This document shows positions 23,847 to 33,080 of a DNA stretch of 64,000 nucleotides, in pieces (the first letter of the stretch is position 1; each line of letters opens with the position of its first letter). Source of the DNA: Rebecca billardiae RCC1528 (lineage: Eukaryota > Protista > Haptophyta); the NCBI GenBank assembly GCA_965240325.2, contig OZ251233.1, forward strand, positions 1,116,001 through 1,180,000. Direction: 5' to 3'. The position numbers were made by a program, and so were the translations under genes. The notes under the pieces are model-generated. The model made no database searches. It was not told where the DNA came from and worked only from the letters and a program-made list of their open reading frames with translations.

Positions 23847-25847
23847 ATGCAGTTCGTCGTCGTCATGAAGCTACGATGGCTGCTCGCCGGCGCATTTTGG
23901 TGCTGCGGTGTGAGTCTGGTGGCGGCCGCGGGCGTCCCGGCGGCGCTGGACGGGCTGAACGTGACCGGGTACGAGTACCACCGGCACACCGCGCCAGCCG
24001 GCACGTCCTCACGCCCGGTCCCGCCGCCTCTTCCGCTCGCGCTCGTCGTGGCGCACCGCGAGCAGGTCCTCGGCTGCCACAGCTTTGAGCGCTTCCTCTC
24101 GGCGCGCTGGGAGACGGTCTTCGTGCTCGAGGAGGCGTTTTCGCGCGCGTGGCATCTCGCGGATCGGGTGCGCTCGGCGCCCGCCACGCTTGGCGCGCAC
24201 CTGCTCGAGCTCGGCGTCGACACTGGCGAGTGGCTCGCGCGCACCGCGGCGCTCAGACTCCTGCGCAGTCTCGGCCGAGAACCGCCGCTGCTCCTATCCA
24301 CCATGTGCGACATCCACCCGCTGCCGGCGTGGCACGCGCTGCATCTCCCGTTCGAGGCGCTCGTCGAGCGCTGGGTCGCGGCCTTCGTAGCCGAGTCCGC
24401 CGCGCGCCTCGGCGGCAGCTCGCTTGCAACGGCCCTTGACGAATCGGACTGGAAGGGGGCGACCTCCAACCTGCACACGTGCCGGGCGGCGTTCGCCAAG
24501 GCGCGGCGGCCGCTGCTCGCGATGAACACGCCGCTGCTCGAGACGCTGCCGCGCGCGGAGTCGCTCGTCGGCGCGGGCTTCCACTCCAAGGACATCGGCA
24601 GCTGGGTGCGACGCACCGCGAACGGCTCGCTGCCGTTCGGGCCGCGCCACGGCGGTGCGCCCGGTGCCGCCGCCTCCGCAGCCGCCGCTGCTGCCACCCC
24701 TGGAGCCGTGCCGTGGCTCTCCGACGTGTCGTTGTGGTTCGAGGACCACGCCGTGCTGTACAACACGAGCCTGCTGGGCGCAGCTCTCGAGGGCTGGCGC
24801 CTAGCACTCGCGACCACTGCCGCGGGGGTCAAGATGGTGCCTTGGCACGCGTGCAGACACGGGCTCTCACTCGCCAGGCAGAACGCGCTTCCGCAGTTTT
24901 ACGACCGAGCCTGGCCCACGCTGCACGCGGCGGGCGGGCCAGGCGGCGAGCGCACGCCGCTGCTCAACCGCAGCCTGTACGCGGGCGTGAGCATGCGCTT
25001 GATTCGCGCGCTCAACTTCCGCCTGCTCGCCGACGTCGGCTCGCCGCTCGGCTGCGCGCGCGACCTGCTGGGCATCCGAGCCGGCACCGGGCACACGATC
25101 GAAATCGCATGCCTCATCCCGAAGCGCAACCTCCATCCGAGCCACATGCCCAGCGCTGCGACGGACGCCGAGGCGCAGGCGCTTGCGCTGCAGGTGCTCC
25201 GCCTGATGGGGTACGTGCAGCTGGCGAGCACGGCACACGCGCTCTGGCTGTGGCGGCTGCCGCTCCCGCACGGCTACCGAGTGAGCTGGGTGGCCGAGCA
25301 CGACGCGCGTGCCGATCCCGGCGCGGTGCTGGCAACGGTCGCGGCGGCGCCGCCGGCGTGGCCGCACCACTTCGCGCTGATGGGCACACGAAAGTCCGAG
25401 CTTGGTGCAAACGCCCTGCTCGCGCACCCGCAGCAGCTCGCCTCCAGCCCTCCGCCGCGCGGCGCGTCCGGCTTCGCGGAGGGCGGCCGCTCGCCCGAGC
25501 ACAACCGCCGGCTGCGCTGGGAGACGCCCGGCGCGGGCGAGATCCTCCGGATCGAGCGGAACGCAAGTCTGCGCGGCGTGGCGTATCCGGCGCACGGCGA
25601 GGCCGACGGCCCCGAGTGGGGGCACGCGAAGATGAAGCCGCCCACTGGCGCGAAGGTGAGCGTCGCGCTGTGCAGCGCGCTCAGGAAGCTCCGCGCGCGG
25701 GAGGCCTCGGGGGCGATGGCCACGTCCAGTCCGACGGGCGCCGCCGCCCAGAGCCAGCCGCGGTTCGTGCTGCCGCACGATGGCCCGCGCGTCACTGCCA
25801 AGCACTGGCTCCGCGCGCTCAGCCCGCTTGAGCCCTTCTGTGCATAG
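23847..25847 (+). CDS. Hypothetical secreted or anchored protein (666 aa)
   Basis: ATG-initiated ORF with a hydrophobic N-terminus and natural amino-acid composition; no family recognised. Confidence 0.6.
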   Translation: MQFVVVMKLRWLLAGAFWCCGVSLVAAAGVPAALDGLNVTGYEYHRHTAPAGTSSRPVPPPLPLALVVAHREQVLGCHSFERFLSARWETVFVLEEAFSRAWHLADRVRSAPATLGAHLLELGVDTGEWLARTAALRLLRSLGREPPLLLSTMCDIHPLPAWHALHLPFEALVERWVAAFVAESAARLGGSSLATALDESDWKGATSNLHTCRAAFAKARRPLLAMNTPLLETLPRAESLVGAGFHSKDIGSWVRRTANGSLPFGPRHGGAPGAAASAAAAAATPGAVPWLSDVSLWFEDHAVLYNTSLLGAALEGWRLALATTAAGVKMVPWHACRHGLSLARQNALPQFYDRAWPTLHAAGGPGGERTPLLNRSLYAGVSMRLIRALNFRLLADVGSPLGCARDLLGIRAGTGHTIEIACLIPKRNLHPSHMPSAATDAEAQALALQVLRLMGYVQLASTAHALWLWRLPLPHGYRVSWVAEHDARADPGAVLATVAAAPPAWPHHFALMGTRKSELGANALLAHPQQLASSPPPRGASGFAEGGRSPEHNRRLRWETPGAGEILRIERNASLRGVAYPAHGEADGPEWGHAKMKPPTGAKVSVALCSALRKLRAREASGAMATSSPTGAAAQSQPRFVLPHDGPRVTAKHWLRALSPLEPFCA

Positions 25848-25903
25848 GACAGTGCGCTCTCAACGCGCAGCCGATGGTACATGTACACGGCGAGGGCGAT
25901 GCC

Positions 25904-26041
25904 GGATGGTTATGGGGGTACTTGCACTCTCGGGCGCCCGTGGCCCGTCGCGTGCCGCGCCGTGCTGGCTCCCGAGCCAGCACGGCGCGGCACGCGACGG
26001 GCCACGGGCGCCCGAGAGTGCAAGTACCCCCATAACCATCC
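25904..26041. repeat. Perfect inverted repeat/hairpin, 68-bp arms with a 2-nt loop
   Basis: 25904-25971 (GGATGGTTATGGGGGTAC...GCTGGCTC) is the exact reverse complement of 25974-26041; the loop is CC. Confidence 0.93.
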
Positions 26042-26387
26042 TTGATATAGCACATACGAGCCCAAAATAGCCATAATCAACCAAATGACGAACCGACGTG
26101 TACTGTACTCTACCCGCATGTCTGTGGAGATACCCGGATGCGGGAAAGTGGTTGGGTTGGTTGCACCCACTCATATTCACCGTGCCGCTTCGACAGGCTG
26201 ACGGCAGTACAGCCGTATTCAGCAGCGACGAAGCGCAGCCCGAGCCCAACAGCCCGTCGTGTCAGGCTTGATCGTGCAGCACCTTGCACGAGCAAGGGCC
26301 TCGAGCTTGCTGACTGCCCGCCTTGTGCGCGCGGGGGGCGACACCGTGACGCTGCCGCGCACGCGAGTGGCGGCCTGCCCTCCGGGC

Positions 26388-29300
26388 ATGCCGCCGCGCA
26401 GGGCGCGGGCGAGAGGGCCTGCGCTCCTCTCGCCGAGCCCTGCCTCGCCGAGGCTCCTGCGGGTGGCATGCCTGCTGCTGTGTGTTTGGGGAAGTGTGGC
26501 GAGCTCGCCGCCGACGCCTTCGCCGCCACCGCCACGACCGCCGCGACCGCCGCCTGCGCCGCCGCCGTCGCCACCTCCACCACCAACGCCACCTCCGTCG
26601 CCGCCACCGCCGAGCCCGCCGCCGAGCCCGCCGCCCAACCCTCCCCCGCCGCCGGCGCCGCCTCCGGGCGTGCCACCAGGATCGCCGCCACCACCGCCGA
26701 TGCCACCACCGCCGCCGCCGAGTCCGCCGACGCCCTCGCCGCCGCCGCCGCGGCCACCGTCGCCGCCGCCAGCAAACCCGCCGCCGTCGCAGCCTCCCTC
26801 GCCGCCGACCCCTCCGCCGCCCCCGTTCCCATCGCCGCCGCCGCCGCTTCCGCCGCCGACGCCGCCGCCGCCACGGCCGCCACCGGCACCGCCACCTCCG
26901 CCCCTGCCGTCGCCGCCGCCGCCGCTGCCGCCGCCACCGCCGCCCCCACCACACCCGCCCCCAGCGCCACCTCCGCCCCCTGCGCCCTCGCCGCCGCCGC
27001 CCTCGAGCCCACCTCCGCGGCCGCCGCCACCGCCACCGCCGAGCCCACCGCCGAGCCCTCCGCCGAGTTTGCCACCGTCGCCCCCGCCATCGCCCCCGCC
27101 ACCCAGCCCCCCGCCGTCGCCGCCGCCGTCGCCGCCGCCACCCCAACAGCCGCCCCTGCCGCCGCCGAGCCCGCCGCCGCCATCGCCGCCGCCGTCACCG
27201 CCGCCCAGCCCACCGCCGCCATCGCCGCCACCGTCGCCGCCGCCACCGTCTCCGCCACCGTCTCCACCGCCGAGTCCGCCGCCGCCCTCGCTGCCGCCCT
27301 CGCCACCGCCCAGCCCGCCGCCACCATCGCCGCCGCCATCGCCGCCGCCATCGCCGCCGCCGCCGCTCCCACCGCCGCCTCCGCCCTCGCCGCTCCCAAG
27401 CCTGCCACCTCCGCCGCCACCAAGCCCGCCGCCGAGCCCTCCGCCGAGCGGCCCTCCACCCCCGAGCCCGCCGCCGTCGGCGCCGCCGCACCCACCACCG
27501 CCCGGCTCGCCGCCGTCGGCGCCGCCGCACCCACCGCCTCCGCCGGTGCCCTCGCCGCCACCGCCATCGAGCCCGCCGCCCAGCTCGCCGCCTCCGTCGC
27601 CGCCCAGCCCGCCGCCGCCACCGGTGCCATCACCGCCGCCGCCGTCGAAGCCGCCGCCGAGCTCGCCGCCTCCGTCGCCGCCCAGCCCGCCACCGCCACC
27701 CGTGCCCTCGCCGCCACCGCCGTCGAAGCCGCCGCCCAGCTCGCCGCCAAACCCGCCGCCAACGCCACCGCCGCCACCGGTGCCATCACCGCCGCCGCCG
27801 TCGAAGCCGCCGCCGAGCTCGCCGCCTCCGTCGCCGCCCAGCCCGCCGCCGCCACCCGTGCCATCACCGCCACCGCCGTCGAAGCCGCCGCCGAGCTCGC
27901 CGCCGCCGTCGCCGCCCAGCCCGCCACCGCCGCCCGTGCCCTCGCCGCCACCGCCGTCGAGCCCGCCACCCAGCTCGCCGCCGAGGCCGCCGCCTCCGCC
28001 CACGCCCTCGCCGCCGCCGCCGTCGAAGCCGCCGCCGAGCTCGCCGCCTCCGTCGCCGCCCAGCCCGCCGCCGCCACCCGTGCCCTCGCCGCCACCGCCG
28101 TCGAGCCCGCCGCCCAGCACGCCACCTGAGCCCCCTCCCAAGCCGCCGCCCTCGGCGCCACCGCCGTCAGGCCCACCGCCCAGCCCGCCGTCCCCATCGC
28201 CGCCCAGCCCGCCGCCGCCGCCGGTGCCCTCGCCGCCGCCGCCGTCGAGCCCGCCGCCGAGCACGCCGCCTCGGTCGCCGCCCAGCACGCCGCCTCCGAG
28301 CGTGCCGCCCTCGCTGCCGCCGCGGCCGCCTCCCTCGCTCCCGCCGCACCCGCCGCCCAGCCTGCCGCCGCACCCACCACCGGCCGCGCCGCCGCCACCG
28401 CCGCCACCGGCGCCGCCGAGCGAGCCGCCGCCGAGCCCGCCGTCGCCCCCGCCCCCGCTGTCGCCCTCGCCGCCGTCGTCGCCTCTGCCGCCGCCCGCGC
28501 CACCGCGCGAACCGCCCGCGCCGCCCTCGCCGCCCTTGCCACCCTCGCCGCCGGCGAGCACGATCAGCGAGACCGCGCTCTTCCAGTCGTGCCTCGCCGC
28601 GTCGTCGGCGCCGCCGAGCACGCCACCGTGCACCGAGCTCGTGCTCAACGGCCGCGGCCTCGGCTCGACGATCCCGACCGAGCTCGGCGCCCTGACGGAG
28701 CTCGAGCGTCTCGAGCTCGCGGAGAACGAGCTGAGCGGGCGCGTGCCCACCGAGCTCGGCTCGCTGCTCGCGCTGCGCCGGCTGCGCGTCTCGAGCAACC
28801 GGCTCAGCCAGTCGCTGCCGACCGAGCTCGCGCGGCTGAGCCGCGTGCGCGAGGTGCTCCTCGGAAGCAACGCGCTGACGGGGTCGCTGCCCTCCGAGCT
28901 GGGCGCGAGTGGCGTGGGCGCGCTCGGCTGGCGCGCCGTGCGGCTGCTCCACGCGCCGAGCAACTCGCTGAGCGGCTCGCTCCCCACCGAGCTCGGCGCG
29001 CTGAGCGGTTTGACGAAGCTCGAGCTGAAGAAGAACCCGGCGCTCGGCGGCTGCGTGCCGACGGAGGTGGGCGGGCTGGGCGCGCTGGCGATGTGGGCGA
29101 CAGAGCGCACGGCGCTGGGCTGCGCGCTCCCCACGGAGCTTGGCCGACTCGGCGGCACGCTCGCCGCGCTGTACCTCGACCGCAGCGCGCACCTCGGCCG
29201 GCTGCCCACCGAGCTGGGCGAGCTGGGCAAGCTGACGCAGCTGCGCGCGCCAGACAACTCGCTGAGCGGGCCCCTGCCCACCGAGCTCGGCCGTCTGGAC

Positions 29301-31886
29301 AAGCTGGAGAAGCTGACTGCGCACTCGAACGCGCTGGGCGGCGCGCTGCCCACTGAGCTGGGCGGCATGCACAAGCTCGAGGGTGTGCTGCTCCACGCGA
29401 ACAGTCTGAGCGGCGCCGCGCTCCCGCGCGCGCTCTGCTCCCTGCCGAAGCTGGGGCTGTTCCGCGCGCACGGCAACTCGTTCGACCAGCCGCTGCCCAC
29501 GGAGGTCGGGGAGCTGGGCGGCAGCCTGACGCAGCTGCAGATCGGCGGGAGCGGCTCGATGGGCGGGACGGTGCCGACCGAGCTCGCGCGGCTGGGCGGG
29601 CTGCGCGCCCTCGACCTGCGGGGCTGCGGCCTCGGCGGCACACTCCCGACGGCGCTTGGCGCTCTCACCGTGCTCACCTCCCTGGATGCCTCCGAGAACG
29701 GCGGCGTCGGCGGGGCGATCCCGACCGAGCTCGGCGCGCTGAGCGCGCTCGAGGCGCTTGTGCTCAGGGGCGATGCGCTCAGCGGGGCGTTGCCCTCCTG
29801 CCTGGGCGCGCTGCCCGCGCTGGACACCATGTGCGCGCCGCGCCGCGAGCGCGCGCGCGCACCGCGCGCGGGCCCCAAAGCGCGCGCACAGCGCGCGCCC
29901 CCGTGCTTCGCGAGCGCGCGCGCAAGCCGCTGCGCCCTGCGCCTGCTCGCCGCGCGCGCGCGCGCACGCCCGCGCTCATGCCGACGTGGCGCGCACCCCG
30001 GCCCCGCGCGCGCGGCGCACAGCTCGCTCGAGCGCAACCTGCTCACCGGCGCGGTGCCGTCCGAGCTCGCGAGCGCGCCGCTGGGCAGCAGCTGCCGGCT
30101 GTCTGAGCCGAGCGCGGCGGCGCGCACCAACTCGTTCGAGCCGCCGATCCCGGCGGCGGTGGCTGCCAAGTGCGAGGTGAGCTCGCGGCAGCTCAGCCCG
30201 CCGCCGTCGAGCCCGCCGCCCAGCTCGCCGCCGCGCCCGCCGCCGCGCCCGCCGCCATCCTCGCCGCCGCCGCCGCCGCCGCCGACCAAGCCGCCTTCGC
30301 CGCCCTCGCCGGCGGTGCAGGCGCAGGCGTCAGTGGGCGCGTGGTCGCCGCCGCCACCGCCGGGCCAGGTGTCGGCGTCGCTGCAGCAGCTGAGCGAGGG
30401 GGGCTCGGCGTCTCTGCTCGAGGACGGCCGCCCCGCCGACGCCAACGCGACGACGCCGACCACCGGAGGCGCTCTCGGCGTGTCCGCAGCCGAGCGCAGT
30501 CGGTGGCCGCTCACGCTCGGACTCGCAGTTGTGATTTTCGCGTGCCTCTGCTGCGCGGCAGTGGTGTGCGTGCGCCACGCGCTCGGGCTGCGCGGGCCCG
30601 GGCTGCGCGTGCTCGTCGCTGAGCAGCACAAGCGCGGCCGCGCGAAGTCGTCGCCGCCGGTGCTCTCACCGACCTGGCCACGCTCGCGCCTCTCCCGCGG
30701 CTGGCGCGGCGCCGGGACCGACGCCGCCGGTGCGACCGGCGGCGGCGGTGGCGGCGCCGGCGGCCAGAGCGTGCAAGAGGCGGGCAGCACGGACGGCACG
30801 TGGCTGCGCGGGCGTCGCGAGGCGATGCTCGCCGCCGCCGCCGCCGCCGCGCCAGATTCTGCCAGGGCGCGCGGCGACCTCTCCCATTGCAGCTCAACTG
30901 ACGCCTCCGGCGCCCGTGACACGCCGCCCGCTTCGCCCGCGCACGCCGGCGGCTCGGCCGCGGGCGCTCGGCCCGGCGCCGACTCTCGCTCCGCTTCGCC
31001 CGAGGCGCCCTTCCGCATGGCGCTGATCCGGCCGGGCGCGGAGCCTGGGGGGCCCGTTGCGCCGCTCAGCGCGGACGAGGACGAGGACGAGGACGACGAG
31101 GTGGAGGGAATGGCGCTGCAGGACGGATGGTCGCAGGGCGCCGCCGGTCGCGCGGGCGCCGACGGCGGTGGCGAGGGCGGCCAGGGCGCGTGGCGCCCGC
31201 GCTCAGCCGGAGCCGCGAGGAGTCCGGATACGGACTTGGCGCGTCGGACGCACTCGACGACAGATGCCGACAGCGGCGGCGAGGCGGCGGCGCGTCCGGC
31301 CGCCTCGCCGCGCACGCCACCCAGGGCGCTCTACACCGAGCGCTCGACGACGGACGACGACGGCGGCGGCGCGGTGCAGCCACGGCCGCGGCTGCTTCGC
31401 CCGCCGGCGCATCTTGCTGCGGCGAGGGAAAGGCGGGCCGCGGGCGCATCGCAGGGCGCAGCGGGGAGCTCGCCCTCGCACCGCCTGGCCCCGCCGCGCC
31501 CTGCGGAGGGAGCGCCCGCCGCGACGTCGGATCGAAGCCCCTCCGCGGAAGGCGGCGAGCGGCCGCCGAGCGCCGAGTCTGCCCGAGCGACGACGCTCGC
31601 GCCACCGCTGGCGGCGGCTGTCTGCCTGAGCCCGCTGCAAGAGGATGTGGTGGCGAGCGCGAGGCGGGCCTCGCCCAGCGTGTACCGGCGCCCGCGGCCG
31701 AGCGCCGGCGCCGGCGCAGATGAGGCGGTGGGGTGCGCCTCGGCGGCGGCCGTCAACGCCGGCGGTGTGCCCCAACGGCTGCGCAGGCGATCCCACACCG
31801 GCGCGGGCGCGGCCACGGGCGCTGCAGCGGGCAGCAGCGCGTCAAGCTCGCCCGCCGGTGGGCGCATCACGCAGCAGAGGCTTTGA
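26388..31886 (+). CDS. Extensin-like (Ser-Pro-rich) + LRR + transmembrane receptor-like surface protein; one predicted intron 29831-30022
   Basis: Signal-like LLRVACLLLCVWGSVAS; about 680 aa of SPn repeats; about 15-17 plant-type LRRs (LxxLxxLxLxxNxLSGxLPTELG); TM helix LTLGLAVVIFACLCCAAVVCV; disordered tail. Confidence 0.85.
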   Translation: MPPRRARARGPALLSPSPASPRLLRVACLLLCVWGSVASSPPTPSPPPPRPPRPPPAPPPSPPPPPTPPPSPPPPSPPPSPPPNPPPPPAPPPGVPPGSPPPPPMPPPPPPSPPTPSPPPPRPPSPPPANPPPSQPPSPPTPPPPPFPSPPPPLPPPTPPPPRPPPAPPPPPLPSPPPPLPPPPPPPPHPPPAPPPPPAPSPPPPSSPPPRPPPPPPPSPPPSPPPSLPPSPPPSPPPPSPPPSPPPSPPPPQQPPLPPPSPPPPSPPPSPPPSPPPPSPPPSPPPPSPPPSPPPSPPPPSLPPSPPPSPPPPSPPPSPPPSPPPPLPPPPPPSPLPSLPPPPPPSPPPSPPPSGPPPPSPPPSAPPHPPPPGSPPSAPPHPPPPPVPSPPPPSSPPPSSPPPSPPSPPPPPVPSPPPPSKPPPSSPPPSPPSPPPPPVPSPPPPSKPPPSSPPNPPPTPPPPPVPSPPPPSKPPPSSPPPSPPSPPPPPVPSPPPPSKPPPSSPPPSPPSPPPPPVPSPPPPSSPPPSSPPRPPPPPTPSPPPPSKPPPSSPPPSPPSPPPPPVPSPPPPSSPPPSTPPEPPPKPPPSAPPPSGPPPSPPSPSPPSPPPPPVPSPPPPSSPPPSTPPRSPPSTPPPSVPPSLPPRPPPSLPPHPPPSLPPHPPPAAPPPPPPPAPPSEPPPSPPSPPPPLSPSPPSSPLPPPAPPREPPAPPSPPLPPSPPASTISETALFQSCLAASSAPPSTPPCTELVLNGRGLGSTIPTELGALTELERLELAENELSGRVPTELGSLLALRRLRVSSNRLSQSLPTELARLSRVREVLLGSNALTGSLPSELGASGVGALGWRAVRLLHAPSNSLSGSLPTELGALSGLTKLELKKNPALGGCVPTEVGGLGALAMWATERTALGCALPTELGRLGGTLAALYLDRSAHLGRLPTELGELGKLTQLRAPDNSLSGPLPTELGRLDKLEKLTAHSNALGGALPTELGGMHKLEGVLLHANSLSGAALPRALCSLPKLGLFRAHGNSFDQPLPTEVGELGGSLTQLQIGGSGSMGGTVPTELARLGGLRALDLRGCGLGGTLPTALGALTVLTSLDASENGGVGGAIPTELGALSALEALVLRGDALSGALPSCLGALPALDTMCAPRRERARAPRAGPKARAQRAPPCFASARASRCALRLLAARARARPRSCRRGAHPGPARAAHSSLERNLLTGAVPSELASAPLGSSCRLSEPSAAARTNSFEPPIPAAVAAKCEVSSRQLSPPPSSPPPSSPPRPPPRPPPSSPPPPPPPTKPPSPPSPAVQAQASVGAWSPPPPPGQVSASLQQLSEGGSASLLEDGRPADANATTPTTGGALGVSAAERSRWPLTLGLAVVIFACLCCAAVVCVRHALGLRGPGLRVLVAEQHKRGRAKSSPPVLSPTWPRSRLSRGWRGAGTDAAGATGGGGGGAGGQSVQEAGSTDGTWLRGRREAMLAAAAAAAPDSARARGDLSHCSSTDASGARDTPPASPAHAGGSAAGARPGADSRSASPEAPFRMALIRPGAEPGGPVAPLSADEDEDEDDEVEGMALQDGWSQGAAGRAGADGGGEGGQGAWRPRSAGAARSPDTDLARRTHSTTDADSGGEAAARPAASPRTPPRALYTERSTTDDDGGGAVQPRPRLLRPPAHLAAARERRAAGASQGAAGSSPSHRLAPPRPAEGAPAATSDRSPSAEGGERPPSAESARATTLAPPLAAAVCLSPLQEDVVASARRASPSVYRRPRPSAGAGADEAVGCASAAAVNAGGVPQRLRRRSHTGAGAATGAAAGSSASSSPAGGRITQQRL
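27530..28290 (+). repeat. Coding minisatellite, about 78-bp (26-aa) unit, about 9 copies
   Basis: Unit PPPPPVPSPPPPSKPPPSSPPPSPPS; the CCGGTGCC/CCCGTGCC landmark recurs at about 78-bp spacing. Confidence 0.75.
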
Positions 31887-33080
31887 TCGGCTCGCGACAG
31901 GGCCACATGCCGTGGGCGCGCCTGCGGCTTCGGTCTGGCCCTCGGCTGTCCGGAGCGGCCGCCCGATCCCACGCTCGGGCGACGCGGCTCATAATGCATG
32001 CCGCACACTGCACAGCCGGATGACACGCATCAGTGAGCAGCAGCGCAGCAGCGATTCGCCGCGCGAGCACGACTGCTGCTGTACTACTAAATAGCAGGCG
32101 ACGCAATCAGAGTCGTCGTCGCGCGTATATATATATATGTCTAGCCGTCCTCGTGAACGCCGACGCCAACTGCTGGCCGAAGGTGGGCACGCCGCCTGGC
32201 ATGTCGATGCCGAGGCGGCTGCGTGTGTTCCTACTCAGTGGGATTTACGTGTCCTCATGCCTTGGCGAGCGGCAGCAGATGCGGTGGGCATGCCGCTCGC
32301 CGTCGACGAGACGCGGTGCGTGAGTGATCCCGTTTCATGGTGTGTTGGGGAGCACCGCGTGGAGGAGAATTGCCGAAAGATGTTGGTCGGTGCACGCGAC
32401 GCGCCACCCGCGTGCGAGCCGCCGCCGCCGGCGACGCAGGACGAGCTTGGCTGGAGCCATCTCGCACGCCGCGCCTGGCGAAGCAGGCGGCAGAGGCCGG
32501 CGCCGGAAATCGATCTCCTGGGCGGCAGAACAACCCGGACAGACTGTTTGTCCGGGAGCAGCGCCCTTTGAGGCGATGGTCTGGTAGAGGGCGATGTGGC
32601 TGATGAGCGGCGCTGGCGCCCGGCGTTCTTGTCGTCCTCTTAGACAATCAGTTATTGTACCAATAACCCCACATATATCGATCGCTCGTAGTCGCGATGA
32701 TATCTGATGAATATGATGATGATGACGACTCTGATGCTGCTGATTGTCGTCACCGCCCGCACGATCGATGACATCTCGTCTCATTCTCTGTCGATGACGA
32801 CTGCGCTATGACGATGATATATGCGCGTCATTACTACCATCATCATCGCGCGTCATGATGACCACTGCTGATGCTGCGCTGCATGACGATGATGACGATA
32901 ATATTATTGCGCTATACGACTACTGCTGTGTGTCAATAAGGATGCTGACGATGATCTCACAATAACTCTCCGCGCCGTCGAGCCAGACATGATGTGGCGC
33001 ATCATCGTATCATTGCTGCTGATGATGCGCCCTCGCGCTATTCGGATGCGCGCGCGCGCCGCGCGCGCAGCACCTGCTGT

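Noticed and set aside
26110-31315. Long Gly-rich, Ala-rich and Arg-rich ORFs (1698, 810, 663 and 737 aa)
   Set aside because: These are antisense or alternative-frame shadows of the Ser-Pro repeat gene.
32033-32784. Short ORFs between the LRR and SMC genes
   Set aside because: No recognisable motifs or consistent coding pattern; likely intergenic or UTR, though a small gene cannot be excluded.
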